DNA of 64,000 bases from Bacilli bacterium (GTDB lineage Bacteria > Bacillota_I > Bacilli_A > RF39 > UBA660): the NCBI GenBank assembly GCA_017515795.1, contig JAFWEE010000010.1:8144-72143 (forward strand), written 5' to 3'. Under the pieces are notes generated by a model that had not been told where the DNA came from, ran no database searches, and was given only the letters and a program-made list of their open reading frames with translations. Shown here one piece after another: positions 1 to 9,149 of this stretch. The translations under genes and the position numbers were made by a program. The first letter of the stretch is position 1. Every line of letters starts with the position of its first letter.

Positions 1-431
1 AAACCTGCTGTTGTATCATATATTAAAACTCTTCCATCATTTAAGATTCTTTCTACAACAGTATGTCTTGAGTAATCACAATTATCATTACCAAATTTTA
101 ATTTATATACTGGGTTTAATTTAATACTATCAACTTGTGCTTGTACTAAATTAACATCCTTTGTATCATTATCATTTAGGAATACCCTTGATAATAAAAA
201 TGCACTTTCAAAACATTTACCATTAGTTAAATAATTACATAATAATGTAATAGAGGCAGGAATACCTTCACTATATATATTTCTTAATTTTGTTAATAAA
301 TCATTATCATAGAATAATAATCTTCCACTTTTTAATCCTTCTATTTTTATAAGTCTACTTTTCCATTTCCAGTTATTCCATTTTTCTATATCTTCAGGAT
401 TAAAATTCATAAGAATATCGGACATATACAT
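1..431 (-). CDS. hypothetical protein (3' end lies outside the window); paralog of 494..1174; retains a Cys/His/Asp pattern like a thiol-enzyme core
   Basis: My own reverse-strand translation gives MYMSDILMNFNPEDIEKW...LRNIYSEGIPASITLLCNYLTNGKCFESAFLLSRVFLNDNDTKDV...CDYSRHTVVERILNDGRVLIYDTTAG. It is absent from the ORF track because it runs off the window. It shares the LRNIY-GIPAS, LLSR-FL and LIYDTTAG blocks with the neighbouring gene. A purine-rich AAAAGGGG lies just upstream. Confidence 0.6.
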   Translation of the reverse strand, partial: MYMSDILMNFNPEDIEKWNNWKWKSRLIKIEGLKSGRLLFYDNDLLTKLRNIYSEGIPASITLLCNYLTNGKCFESAFLLSRVFLNDNDTKDVNLVQAQVDSIKLNPVYKLKFGNDNCDYSRHTVVERILNDGRVLIYDTTAG

Positions 432-451
432 ACCCCTTTTCAAGTAGTAGT

Positions 452-480
452 ATATTATCAAAAATATTATTTTTTGTCAA
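452..480 (-). promoter_or_regulatory. sigma-A type promoter for the 1..431 gene
   Basis: On the minus strand: TTGACA (475..480), a 17-nt spacer, then TAATAT (452..457) preceded by TG (extended -10). Confidence 0.5.
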
Positions 481-482
481 AG

Positions 483-507
483 AAAAAACTGAACTATTTT
501 TGTTCAG
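483..507 (-). terminator. rho-independent terminator after the 494..1174 gene
   Basis: On the minus strand: CTGAAC-AAAAATA-GTTCAG followed by TTTTTT. The hairpin overlaps the stop codon. Confidence 0.55.
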
Positions 508-1174
508 TTTCTTTCTTTGTTTTTGGAATAAGTCTACGTTGTTTAATAGATTTTTTCATTTTATCTTTACAAAGTTTAACTTCTCTTTGTAATAATTTTG
601 AATCATTTTGTGAATATCTCTCATTAGTATTATTATAAGCATCTTCAATCATAGGTAATACTATTGTTAAAGCACATGGATTAATATCATAATCAGTAGG
701 ATGTTTTTCTTTATCTTCTTCAATAGTTTTTTCAATTGAATCTTTTTCTTCTTCTTTTACTACAATAGGTTCTTCTAAACGTAAATAAGCATCTTTATCA
801 TATACTAAACCAGCTGTAGTATCATATATAAGAGTAATACCATTAATAGTAGTTCTTTCTAATACAGAATAATTCTTTGCTTTTGGACTATTCATAGAAC
901 TATTATTAACAACAGTTAATATTCTTACATCTCTAGTATTTTCATCATCTAGGAATGCTCTTGATAATAATTTAGTCATTTGAGCTGGTTTTCTACTTGC
1001 AAAATCATGTGATAATAAACATACTGATGCAGGAATTCCACCATAATATATATTTCTTAATCTTTCAATTAATTCATCATCATATGTAGATATATATCCT
1101 AAATACATACCAAATATATCATGTTGATTCTTATATTTCTTATAGTCTTTCCAATTCTTAAATTGTTTATTCAT
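494..1174 (-). CDS. hypothetical protein, paralog of 1..431, with an acidic/basic low-complexity C-terminal half
   Basis: 226-aa ORF. AGGGAGAG-like RBS upstream of the ATG. Shares the conserved blocks LRNIYYGGIPAS, LLSRAFLDD and LIYDTTAG with the adjacent gene. Confidence 0.7.
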   Translation of the reverse strand: MNKQFKNWKDYKKYKNQHDIFGMYLGYISTYDDELIERLRNIYYGGIPASVCLLSHDFASRKPAQMTKLLSRAFLDDENTRDVRILTVVNNSSMNSPKAKNYSVLERTTINGITLIYDTTAGLVYDKDAYLRLEEPIVVKEEEKDSIEKTIEEDKEKHPTDYDINPCALTIVLPMIEDAYNNTNERYSQNDSKLLQREVKLCKDKMKKSIKQRRLIPKTKKETEQK

Positions 1175-1208
1175 TTATATCTCTCCCTTTTTTCAAAAAG
1201 TGATATTC

Positions 1209-1237
1209 ATTGTATCAAATATTTTTAATTTTGTCAA
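1209..1237 (-). promoter_or_regulatory. sigma-A type promoter for the 494..1174 gene
   Basis: On the minus strand: TTGACA (1232..1237), a 17-nt spacer, then TACAAT (1209..1214) preceded by TG. The layout matches the promoter at 452..480. Confidence 0.5.
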
Positions 1238-1259
1238 AAAAAGATGCATATAGCATCTT
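1236..1259 (-). terminator. terminator downstream of tRNA-Leu
   Basis: On the minus strand: AAGATGC-TATAT-GCATCTT followed by a T-run. Confidence 0.45.
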
Positions 1260-1274
1260 CTTTAATATTATATA

Positions 1275-1361
1275 TGGTGCTCGAAAAGGGACTCGAACCC
1301 TTAAGGTATTGCTACCAGCAGATTTTGAGTCTGCCGCGTCTACCAATTTCGCCATTCGAGC
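1275..1361 (-). tRNA. tRNA-Leu (anticodon CAA), type II with long variable arm, CCA encoded
   Basis: The reverse complement folds as a cloverleaf: acceptor GCTCGAA/TTCGAGC, anticodon stem GCAGA/TCTGC with loop CTCAAAA, T-loop GGTTCGAGTCC, 3' ACCA. Confidence 0.9.
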
Positions 1362-1390
1362 AACTAACAAAATTATAACACTAATAAAAT

Positions 1391-1416
1391 AAAAATAAAA
1401 GAACTCTTGTTCTTTT
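1391..1416 (-). terminator. terminator after the small ORF 1415..1588
   Basis: On the minus strand: AAAAGAAC-AAGA-GTTCTTTT followed by ATTTTT. Confidence 0.5.
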
Positions 1417-1588
1417 ATTTTTCTGCTAAAGATCTAAGTCTTCTTTGTTTTTTTCTTAGTTTTTTAGTTTTACTAGCTAATACTAAGCTATGTTCTTCTT
1501 TATCTTGTAATTTATTTAATTCTATTATTAAATCATTTATTTGATTTATTACTTTAGTACATTTTCTTTCATATGTTTTTTCACTCAT
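1415..1588 (-). CDS. small basic coiled-coil protein, hypothetical
   Basis: The ORF track gives 1415..1597 with a GTG start. An ATG at 1588 sits 5 nt after AGGTGA and is the likelier start. There is no recognisable family and the C-terminus is Lys/Arg-rich. Confidence 0.35.
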   Translation of the reverse strand: MSEKTYERKCTKVINQINDLIIELNKLQDKEEHSLVLASKTKKLRKKQRRLRSLAEK

Positions 1589-1632
1589 ATTTTTCACCTG
1601 GTAAAAAGTATTATAACACTGTATATTCTTGT

Positions 1633-1660
1633 TTGCAACTTTCTATTTTAATGATATAAT
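1633..1660 (+). promoter_or_regulatory. sigma-A type promoter for the pyrophosphatase gene
   Basis: TTGCAA, a 16-nt spacer, then TG-n-TATAAT (1655..1660). Confidence 0.45.
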
Positions 1661-1684
1661 TAAATAAGAATAGAGGGTGGCTAA

Positions 1685-3301
1685 ATGGATAAAGTATATA
1701 TTTTTGGACATCAAAGACCTGATACAGATTCAGTTACATCTGCTATAAGTTTAGCTTATTTAAAGACTAAATTAGGATTAAATGCAGAAGCAAGAGTATT
1801 AGGGGATATAAATGAAGAAACTAAATTTGCTTTAGATTTCTTTAATGTAGAAGTACCTAAATACTTAAATGATGTAAGACTTCAAATAAAAGATGTAACT
1901 TATCATAAAGGTTTATTAATAAACTATAAAGCTACTATTAGAGAAACATATAATTATATATTAGATAATAATGTAACAGGCGTTCCAGTAGTAGATGATG
2001 AAGGTATATGTCTTGGAATAATAACTGTTAAAGACATAGCTAAGAATTTAATACTTGGAGACTTTACTGAATTAGATAGTACTTATGATAATATTTTAAA
2101 GACTATTAATGGTGAAGTAATAACTAAGTTTAATGAAGAAATAGATGGTACTGTAATAGTAGCCTCTTATAAGAGTGAAACATTCTTTAATGATATTAAA
2201 CTTACATCTGAAGATGTAGTAATAGCAGGTGATAGACCTCAAATACATAAGCATGCTATTAATAATAGAGTTAGGCTTCTTATAGTAACTGATAACTCTA
2301 ATATATCAGAGGAAAATATTACTCTTGCTAAAGAGAATAATGTTAATATTATAAGAACTAATTTAGATGCATTTCATACTTCCAGAATAATTAGTCAAGC
2401 TAATGAAATAAAAATACTTAAAACAAGAGATCTAGTTACTTTTAAAGAGACAGATTATTATGATGATTTTATATCTATTACTAAAAAGTATAAACATAAT
2501 AACTATCCAGTAGTAGATTCTAAAGGTAAATGTCTTGGATTAATCAGAGTAACAGATGTTAATGATAAAAATAAGAAAAAAGTTATATTAGTAGATCACC
2601 AAGAGTTTGATCAAAGTGCTTCTGGTATAGAAGATGCTAATATAATAGAAATAGTAGATCATCATAAAATTAGTAATATATCTACTAAAATGCCTATTAA
2701 TTTTAGAAATATGGCTGTAGGATCATCTAATACAATTATTTATGAAATGTATAAAGAAACTGGAATAGAAATACCTAATCATATAGCAGGTATAATGCTA
2801 GCAGGTATCTTATCAGATACTTTAATACTTCAAAGTCCAACTACAACAGTATTAGATAAAGAAGCAGTAGATAGATTATCTGAAAGACTTGGTATTAACT
2901 ATGTTAGATTTGCTTTAGATATGTTTAAGAAGGGTACTTCACTAAAAGGACTTACTAAAGAAGAAATTATTACTAAAGACTTTAAATTATTTGATTCTAA
3001 TGGTAAGAAGTTTGGTATAGGTCAAATAATTACTCTAGATATAGAGTCTATTAGAAATGATTTAGATGCTTTTATAAATGAACTTGAATTATATAAAAAT
3101 AAAATGAATCTAGAATATGTATCTTTATTTATTACAGATATAGTTAGAAATGGTTCTTATGTTATATATACAGAAAACATGAAAGAAATATTAGAAAGAG
3201 GTTACAAGATAGATAACTTTAAAGAGTTAACATTCCTTCAAGATGTAGTATCTAGAAAGAAACAAATTGTACCGGTAATAATGAATGAAATCGAAAGTTA
3301 G
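1685..3301 (+). CDS. ppaC: family II (DHH/DHHA2) manganese-dependent inorganic pyrophosphatase with CBS-pair/DRTGG insert
   Basis: N-terminal FGHQRPDTDSVTSAISLAYL DHH motif. CBS-like segments (VTGVPVVDDEGICLGIITVKDI; NYPVVDSKGKCLGLIRVTDV). DHHKISN and GILSDTL motifs. RBS AGAGGGTGG. Confidence 0.9.
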   Translation: MDKVYIFGHQRPDTDSVTSAISLAYLKTKLGLNAEARVLGDINEETKFALDFFNVEVPKYLNDVRLQIKDVTYHKGLLINYKATIRETYNYILDNNVTGVPVVDDEGICLGIITVKDIAKNLILGDFTELDSTYDNILKTINGEVITKFNEEIDGTVIVASYKSETFFNDIKLTSEDVVIAGDRPQIHKHAINNRVRLLIVTDNSNISEENITLAKENNVNIIRTNLDAFHTSRIISQANEIKILKTRDLVTFKETDYYDDFISITKKYKHNNYPVVDSKGKCLGLIRVTDVNDKNKKKVILVDHQEFDQSASGIEDANIIEIVDHHKISNISTKMPINFRNMAVGSSNTIIYEMYKETGIEIPNHIAGIMLAGILSDTLILQSPTTTVLDKEAVDRLSERLGINYVRFALDMFKKGTSLKGLTKEEIITKDFKLFDSNGKKFGIGQIITLDIESIRNDLDAFINELELYKNKMNLEYVSLFITDIVRNGSYVIYTENMKEILERGYKIDNFKELTFLQDVVSRKKQIVPVIMNEIES

Positions 3302-3839
3302 TAAATTCTTAGATTATGGTTTAGATATAAAGAAAAGTATTAGTGTTATAATTTTAACAATGATATTTGGTGGTGTATTTGGATTCATATATGAATTAAT
3401 ATTCTATAAGTTTGATAAAGGAATATTTATTAATAGAGGATCTACTTATGGACCATGGATACCAGTATATGCATTTGGTGCTTTCTTTATATGTGTACTT
3501 CTATATAGATTAAGAAAGAAACCTTGGTTAGTAATTCTTCTTAGTGCAGTTATAACATTCTTAATGGAATATTTAACTGGATGGTATTTCTTAACTTATA
3601 GAGGAGTTAGACTATGGGATTACAATGTAGAAATACTTAACTTTGGTAATATAAATGGATTTGTATGTTTAAGATCTGTATTATTATTTACTTTTGCTTC
3701 TGTAGCATCTATTTATATGGTAATACCAATGTTTATTAAATTAGCTAAAAAAGTAAATAAGAATACATTATTTATAATATCTTCTTTATTATTTATAATA
3801 TTTATATTAGATATAATTATTTGGGGGATATTACATTAA
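3285..3839 (+). CDS. small polytopic membrane protein (resembles the putative type IV ABC-transporter/CmpB-like family)
   Basis: 184 aa with 4-5 hydrophobic helices and a GSTYGPWIPVYAFGA motif. Overlaps the ppaC end by 17 nt. The start is uncertain. Confidence 0.6.
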   Translation: MKSKVSKFLDYGLDIKKSISVIILTMIFGGVFGFIYELIFYKFDKGIFINRGSTYGPWIPVYAFGAFFICVLLYRLRKKPWLVILLSAVITFLMEYLTGWYFLTYRGVRLWDYNVEILNFGNINGFVCLRSVLLFTFASVASIYMVIPMFIKLAKKVNKNTLFIISSLLFIIFILDIIIWGILH

Positions 3840-3865
3840 TAATGTGGTATAATATTATTAAGAAT

Positions 3866-3912
3866 AAAAAGGAAAATGAAGTGTAATTTTTACATATCAT
3901 TTTCCTTTTTGC
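3866..3912 (+). terminator. rho-independent terminator
   Basis: AAAAAGGAAAATGA ... TCATTTTCCTTTTT hairpin followed by a T-rich tail. Confidence 0.5.
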
Positions 3913-3972
3913 TTGTAATACAAGTAAAATATTGCTATAATTCATAATGTGTGAAACTAAAGGAGGATGTAT

Positions 3973-5886
3973 ATGCCTGCAAAATATGATGAAAGTTCGA
4001 TAAAAGTATTAGAAGGTTTAGAAGCAGTTAGAAAAAGACCAGGTATGTATATTGGGTCTACTGATAAAAGAGGATTACATCATTTAGTATGGGAAATAGT
4101 AGATAACTCTATAGACGAAGTAATGAATGGATATGGAGATACTATTAAGATTACTATTAATGCTGATGGATCTATTACTATAGAAGATAATGGTAGAGGT
4201 GTACCAGTAGGTAAACATGAAACTGGTAAGAGTACTGTTGAAGTAATTTATACTATGCTTCATGCTGGTGGTAAATTTGAAGAAGGTAACTATAAAGTTT
4301 CTGGAGGATTACACGGTGTTGGTGCATCTGTTGTTAATGCTTTATCTAGTTATATGATAGTTAACTCTAAAAGAGATGGTAAAGAATACTCTATTACATT
4401 TAAAAATGGCGGTGAAGTAGATTCTAAATTAAAAGAAATAGGTAAAACTAATAAGACAGGAACTACTGTTACATTCTTACCTAATAAAGATCTATTTAGT
4501 GTTACAGATTTCTCTTATAGTACTATATGTGAAAGAATGCAAGAGTCTGCATTCTTACTAAAAGGACTAACAGTAGAAGTTAATGATAATAGAAATGATA
4601 GACATGATAAATATCATTATGATAACGGTATTAAATCATTCGTAGAATATATAAACGAAGATAAAACTCCAATAAATAATATTCATCACTTTAAAGGTAG
4701 TAAAGATGGTATAGAAGTAGAAATAGCTATGCAATATACTGATTCTTATAATGAAAACATTATTTCATTTGTTAACAATGTTAAAACAAGTGATGGTGGA
4801 ACTCATGAAGTAGGATTTAAGAGTGGTTTAACTAAAACATTTAATGATTATGCTAGAAAAAATAATTTCTTAAAAGCTAAAGATAAAAACTTTGAAGGAG
4901 CAGATGTAAGAGAAGGTTTAACTGCTATTATATCTTTAAAAGTACCTGAAGCACTTCTTCAATTTGAAGGACAAACTAAAGGAAAACTAGGTACTCCAAT
5001 AGCAAAAACAGTAGTAGAACAAATTACATCTGAAAATCTAGGATTTTACCTTGAAGAAAATAAAGATGGTGCAGTTAATATTATTAATAAAGCACTTAAA
5101 GGTAAAATGGCTAGAGATGCAGCTAGAAAAGCAAGAGATGATGCTAGAAAGAGTACTGGTACTAAAAAGGAAAAGAATATTTCTGATAAACTTGCTCCTG
5201 CAGCTAGACATGATAATAAGAAAAATGAATTATTTATAGTAGAGGGAGACTCTGCTGGTGGATCTGCTAAATCAGGAAGAGATAGAACATATCAAGCAAT
5301 ACTTCCACTTAGAGGTAAAGTATTAAATACTGAAAAAGCATCACTTGATGATGCATATAAAAATGCTGAAATAAATACTTTAATATATACAATTGGTGCT
5401 GGTGTAGGAGGAGACTTTAATGTAGATAGTTGTAACTATGATAAAGTTATAATAATGACCGATGCCGATGTTGATGGATGTCATATTCAAGTTCTATTAA
5501 TTACTTTCTTCTATAGATATATGAAACCTCTTATAGAAGCCGGTAAATTATATATTGCTTGTCCACCACTTTATAAAGTTAAATTTAGTAAAAATGAAGA
5601 AATATATGTATATTCTGATGAAGAATTAAAAGAAGTTACTGCTGGTAAAAAAGTAGAAGACCTTCAAAGATATAAAGGACTTGGTGAAATGGATGCTTCT
5701 CAACTTTGGGAAACAACTATGGACCCTGCTACTAGAACTTTAATTAGAGTAAATCTAACAGATGCAGTACTAGCTGAAAAAAGAGTATCTGTATTAATGG
5801 GTGAAAAAGTAGAACCAAGAAAAGTATGGATTGAAGAAAACGTAGAATTCTCATTAGAAGATGACTATAAGATAAATGGGGAGTAG
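3973..5886 (+). CDS. parE: DNA topoisomerase IV subunit B
   Basis: VLEGLEAVRKRPGMYIGST, GLHHLVWEIVDNSIDE, EGDSAGGSAK and the Toprim block DADVDGCHI. Assigned to topo IV through its partner gene. The ATG at 3973 lies 6 nt after AGGAGG, whereas the track start at 3967 abuts the RBS. Confidence 0.9.
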   Translation: MPAKYDESSIKVLEGLEAVRKRPGMYIGSTDKRGLHHLVWEIVDNSIDEVMNGYGDTIKITINADGSITIEDNGRGVPVGKHETGKSTVEVIYTMLHAGGKFEEGNYKVSGGLHGVGASVVNALSSYMIVNSKRDGKEYSITFKNGGEVDSKLKEIGKTNKTGTTVTFLPNKDLFSVTDFSYSTICERMQESAFLLKGLTVEVNDNRNDRHDKYHYDNGIKSFVEYINEDKTPINNIHHFKGSKDGIEVEIAMQYTDSYNENIISFVNNVKTSDGGTHEVGFKSGLTKTFNDYARKNNFLKAKDKNFEGADVREGLTAIISLKVPEALLQFEGQTKGKLGTPIAKTVVEQITSENLGFYLEENKDGAVNIINKALKGKMARDAARKARDDARKSTGTKKEKNISDKLAPAARHDNKKNELFIVEGDSAGGSAKSGRDRTYQAILPLRGKVLNTEKASLDDAYKNAEINTLIYTIGAGVGGDFNVDSCNYDKVIIMTDADVDGCHIQVLLITFFYRYMKPLIEAGKLYIACPPLYKVKFSKNEEIYVYSDEELKEVTAGKKVEDLQRYKGLGEMDASQLWETTMDPATRTLIRVNLTDAVLAEKRVSVLMGEKVEPRKVWIEENVEFSLEDDYKINGE

Positions 5887-5895
5887 GTGATTAAT

Positions 5896-8508
5896 ATGGC
5901 AAAGAAGAAACAAACTGAAGAAATAATACAAAAGATTAATGACTATGCTCTAGAAGAAATTATGGGTGATAGATTTGGTAGATATGCTAAAGAAATTATC
6001 CAAGATAGAGCTATCCCTGATGTAAGAGATGGTTTAAAGCCTGTTCAAAGAAGAATTTTATATGGTATGTATAAGAGTAAAAATACATATGATAATAAAT
6101 ATAGAAAGTCTGCTAGAGCAGTCGGTGAAATCATGGGTAAATACCATCCACATGGTGATTCATCAATTTATGATGCAATGGTAAGAATGAGCCAAGATTG
6201 GAAAATGCTTACTCCATATGTAGATATGCATGGTAATAATGGATCTATGGATGGTGACAGCGCTGCTGCTATGCGTTATACAGAAGTTAGACTTTCTAAA
6301 ATAGCAGGTGAATTATTAAAAGACATAGAAAAAGATACTGTAGAAATGGCTCCAAACTATGATGATACAGAACTTGAACCTACAGTACTTCCTTGTAAAT
6401 TTCCTAACTTACTTGTTAATGGTACAACAGGTATTTCTGCTGGATATGCAACTGATATTCCACCTCATAATTTAGGTGAAATAATAGATGCTACTATTCT
6501 TAGAATAGATAAACCAAAATGTACATTAGATGACATAATGGAAATAGTTCAAGGACCAGACTTTTCAACAGGTGGAACTGTAGAAGGTAAAGATGAAATA
6601 AGAAAAGCTTTAGAATGTGGTAAAGGAAGAATAATAGTTAAATCTAAATATACTATTGTTAATGAAAAAGGTAAGAATCAAATAATTATTACTGAAATAC
6701 CATATGAAGTTAATAAAGCTAATCTTGTTAAGAAAATAAATGATATTAGAATAGAAAAGAAAATAGATGGTATTAATGAAGTAATAGACTCTTCTTCTAG
6801 AGGAGAACTAATTATTACTATAGATCTTAAAAAAGATGCTAATTCTGAGTTAATACTAAATTACTTACTTAAGAATACTGATATGCAAGTAGGTTATAGT
6901 TACAATATGGTAGCTATAGTAAATAGAAGACCTAAAGAAGTAGGTATTATAGATATATTAGATGCTTATATTGCTCATCAAAAAGAAGTAGTAACTAGAA
7001 GATCTAAATTTGATTTAGCACATGCTAAAGCAAGATTTCATATAGTAGAAGGTCTAATAAAAGCTATTTCTATATTAGATGATGTAATTAAGACAATTAG
7101 AGCTTCTAAGAATAGACAAGATGCAACAGAAAACTTAGTAAAAGAATATGCATTTACTTTTGAACAAGCAGATGCAATTGTTAAATTACAATTATATAGA
7201 TTAACTAATACAGACGTTGCAATACTTAAAGAAGAATTAGAAAAATTAAAAGCATTAATAGAAGAACTAGAAGCACTTCTTTCAGATGAAAAGAAATTAA
7301 TGAAACAGATTAAGAAAGAACTTACTGAAGTAAGAAAAGAATATGCTGAAGATAGAAAAACTCTTATAGTAGATGAAATAACTGAAATAAAAATAGATCA
7401 AGATGCATTAATTGCTAAAGAAGATGTAATAGTAGTAGTAACTAAAGAAGGTTATGTTAAGAGAACTTCTCTTAGAAGTTATTCAGCTTCTGAAGCAGAT
7501 GATCTTGCATTAAAAGAAAATGATTATGTAATTGGTATGTATGAAATGAATACTAAAGATACATTACTTATATTTACAGATCTAGGTAATTTCTTATCAG
7601 TACCTGTTCATATGCTTCCAGATTTAAAATGGAAAGATATGGGTAAACATATTAGTAATATTATTACTATTAAAGATGAAGAAAAAGTAATAACATCTAT
7701 GCCTATATATGATTTTGATAAGAAAGAATATATAACTATATTTACAAAGAATGGTATGACTAAGAGAACTAATCTAATAGATTATAAAATCTTAAGTAGA
7801 AGACCATCAGTATGTATGAAATTAAAAGGTGATGATAAAGTAGTTAGTGTTATTAAGAAGAATATGGATAATGTATTTGTATGTACTTCTGATAACTATG
7901 GACTTATTTATCATTTAAATGAAATACCTGTTTTAGGACTTAAAGCATCAGGAGTTAAATCTATTAAACTAGGTAAAGATAAAGTAGTATCTGCTGATAT
8001 CTATGATGATGCAGAATATATTACATTATTTACAGAAAACTCCGCTAAGAGGATAAAACTAGAAGAATTAGAAGTAAGTGCTAGGGCAAGGAGAGGATCA
8101 CTTTTAATTAGATTAATCAAAACAAATCCTCAAAACATTATTAAAGCCTTTGTTACAGATACTAAAGAGTTATTTGGAGTACTTTCTATTAAAGAAATAT
8201 TTGAACTAAAGAATAGTGAAATAAAACTTGCAGATAGACATGCTGCTCCTAGTAGTATTTCTAAACAAAGAATAATGGATATATTTAGAATTGCTGAAAT
8301 AGAAAAAGATACTAAATCTATCCCAAAAGTTATAGAAGAACCAGAAGAAACTATAGAAGAACTAGAACTATTTACTGAAGAAGAAGCTCCTATAGTAGAA
8401 GCACCAAAGAAAGAAGAAAAGAAAGAAAAGAAAAAAGAAGTATCACTTCAAGAAATAGATGACGAGATACTTACAATAGATGACTTTTTGAATGATTTTA
8501 AGATCTAG
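5896..8508 (+). CDS. parC: DNA topoisomerase IV subunit A, with an unusually long acidic/lysine-rich C-terminal tail
   Basis: MGDRFGRYAKEIIQDRAIPDVRDGLKPVQRRILY is the Gram-positive ParC-type N-terminus. No GyrA-box (QRRGGKG) is visible in the C-terminal domain. The ATG at 5896 lies 5 nt after AGGTGA. Confidence 0.9.
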   Translation: MAKKKQTEEIIQKINDYALEEIMGDRFGRYAKEIIQDRAIPDVRDGLKPVQRRILYGMYKSKNTYDNKYRKSARAVGEIMGKYHPHGDSSIYDAMVRMSQDWKMLTPYVDMHGNNGSMDGDSAAAMRYTEVRLSKIAGELLKDIEKDTVEMAPNYDDTELEPTVLPCKFPNLLVNGTTGISAGYATDIPPHNLGEIIDATILRIDKPKCTLDDIMEIVQGPDFSTGGTVEGKDEIRKALECGKGRIIVKSKYTIVNEKGKNQIIITEIPYEVNKANLVKKINDIRIEKKIDGINEVIDSSSRGELIITIDLKKDANSELILNYLLKNTDMQVGYSYNMVAIVNRRPKEVGIIDILDAYIAHQKEVVTRRSKFDLAHAKARFHIVEGLIKAISILDDVIKTIRASKNRQDATENLVKEYAFTFEQADAIVKLQLYRLTNTDVAILKEELEKLKALIEELEALLSDEKKLMKQIKKELTEVRKEYAEDRKTLIVDEITEIKIDQDALIAKEDVIVVVTKEGYVKRTSLRSYSASEADDLALKENDYVIGMYEMNTKDTLLIFTDLGNFLSVPVHMLPDLKWKDMGKHISNIITIKDEEKVITSMPIYDFDKKEYITIFTKNGMTKRTNLIDYKILSRRPSVCMKLKGDDKVVSVIKKNMDNVFVCTSDNYGLIYHLNEIPVLGLKASGVKSIKLGKDKVVSADIYDDAEYITLFTENSAKRIKLEELEVSARARRGSLLIRLIKTNPQNIIKAFVTDTKELFGVLSIKEIFELKNSEIKLADRHAAPSSISKQRIMDIFRIAEIEKDTKSIPKVIEEPEETIEELELFTEEEAPIVEAPKKEEKKEKKKEVSLQEIDDEILTIDDFLNDFKI

Positions 8509-8513
8509 ATATC

Positions 8514-8542
8514 TTGAAAAAAAGTTAAAAATATGGTATAAT
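8514..8542 (+). promoter_or_regulatory. sigma-A type promoter for lemA
   Basis: TTGAAA (8514..8519), a 17-nt spacer, then TG-n-TATAAT (8537..8542). Confidence 0.5.
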
Positions 8543-8569
8543 ACCATTTAGTAAAGGAGAAAAGAAAAT

Positions 8570-9130
8570 ATGATTTGGATTATTGGCGGAATTGCCTTAT
8601 TAGTACTATTAGTACTATGGTTTATTGGAGTTGCAAACAAACTAGTTAGAAAGAAAGCTGAAGTAGATAATGCTTTTGCTGATATCGATGTTTATCTAAC
8701 TAAGAGATTTGATTTAATTCCAAATTTAGTTAACACTGTTAAAGGTTATACTAAACATGAAAAAGAAACATTTGAAGATGTTGTTAATGCTAGATCTAAA
8801 GGATTAAGTGCACAAACAATTAATGAAAAAGTTGAAGCTGACGAACAATTAACTTCTGCTTTAGGTAGATTAATTGCTGTTGCTGAAGCTTATCCAGAAT
8901 TAAAAGCTGATACAAGTTTTATTAAATTACAAGAATCTTTAAATGAAATCGAAACAGAATTAGTTGGAGCTAGAAGATATTATAATGCTGCTGTTAAAGC
9001 TTATAACATTTTAATTCATACTATTCCATCTAATATCGTTGCTTCTATTTTAGGATATAGAGATCTTAAGATGTATGAAGCTACTGAAGAACAAAGAAAA
9101 AATGTTAAAGTAGATTTTTCAGAAGAATAA
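8570..9130 (+). CDS. lemA: LemA family protein
   Basis: N-terminal TM helix followed by NAFADIDVYLTKRFDLIPNLVNTVKGY and ARRYYNAAV motifs typical of LemA. Confidence 0.9.
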   Translation: MIWIIGGIALLVLLVLWFIGVANKLVRKKAEVDNAFADIDVYLTKRFDLIPNLVNTVKGYTKHEKETFEDVVNARSKGLSAQTINEKVEADEQLTSALGRLIAVAEAYPELKADTSFIKLQESLNEIETELVGARRYYNAAVKAYNILIHTIPSNIVASILGYRDLKMYEATEEQRKNVKVDFSEE

Positions 9131-9149
9131 TTATAGAAAGGAAAAGGAT

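Noticed and set aside
1210-1392. 60-aa plus-strand ORF from the track
   Set aside because: It lies directly over the minus-strand tRNA-Leu(CAA) gene and its terminator. It is an artefact of translating a tRNA region.
5051-5239. 62-aa ORF inside parE in another frame
   Set aside because: It is fully embedded in a strongly supported topoisomerase gene, has no RBS, and has a Lys/Leu-rich composition typical of off-frame AT-rich sequence.
3967-8508. Calling the topoisomerase pair gyrB/gyrA
   Set aside because: The A subunit has the MGDRFGRY-x-K-x-IIQDRA-x-PD ParC-type N-terminus, and I could not find a GyrA box in its C-terminal domain. The locus is not next to dnaA/dnaN/recF. Topoisomerase IV is therefore the better call.
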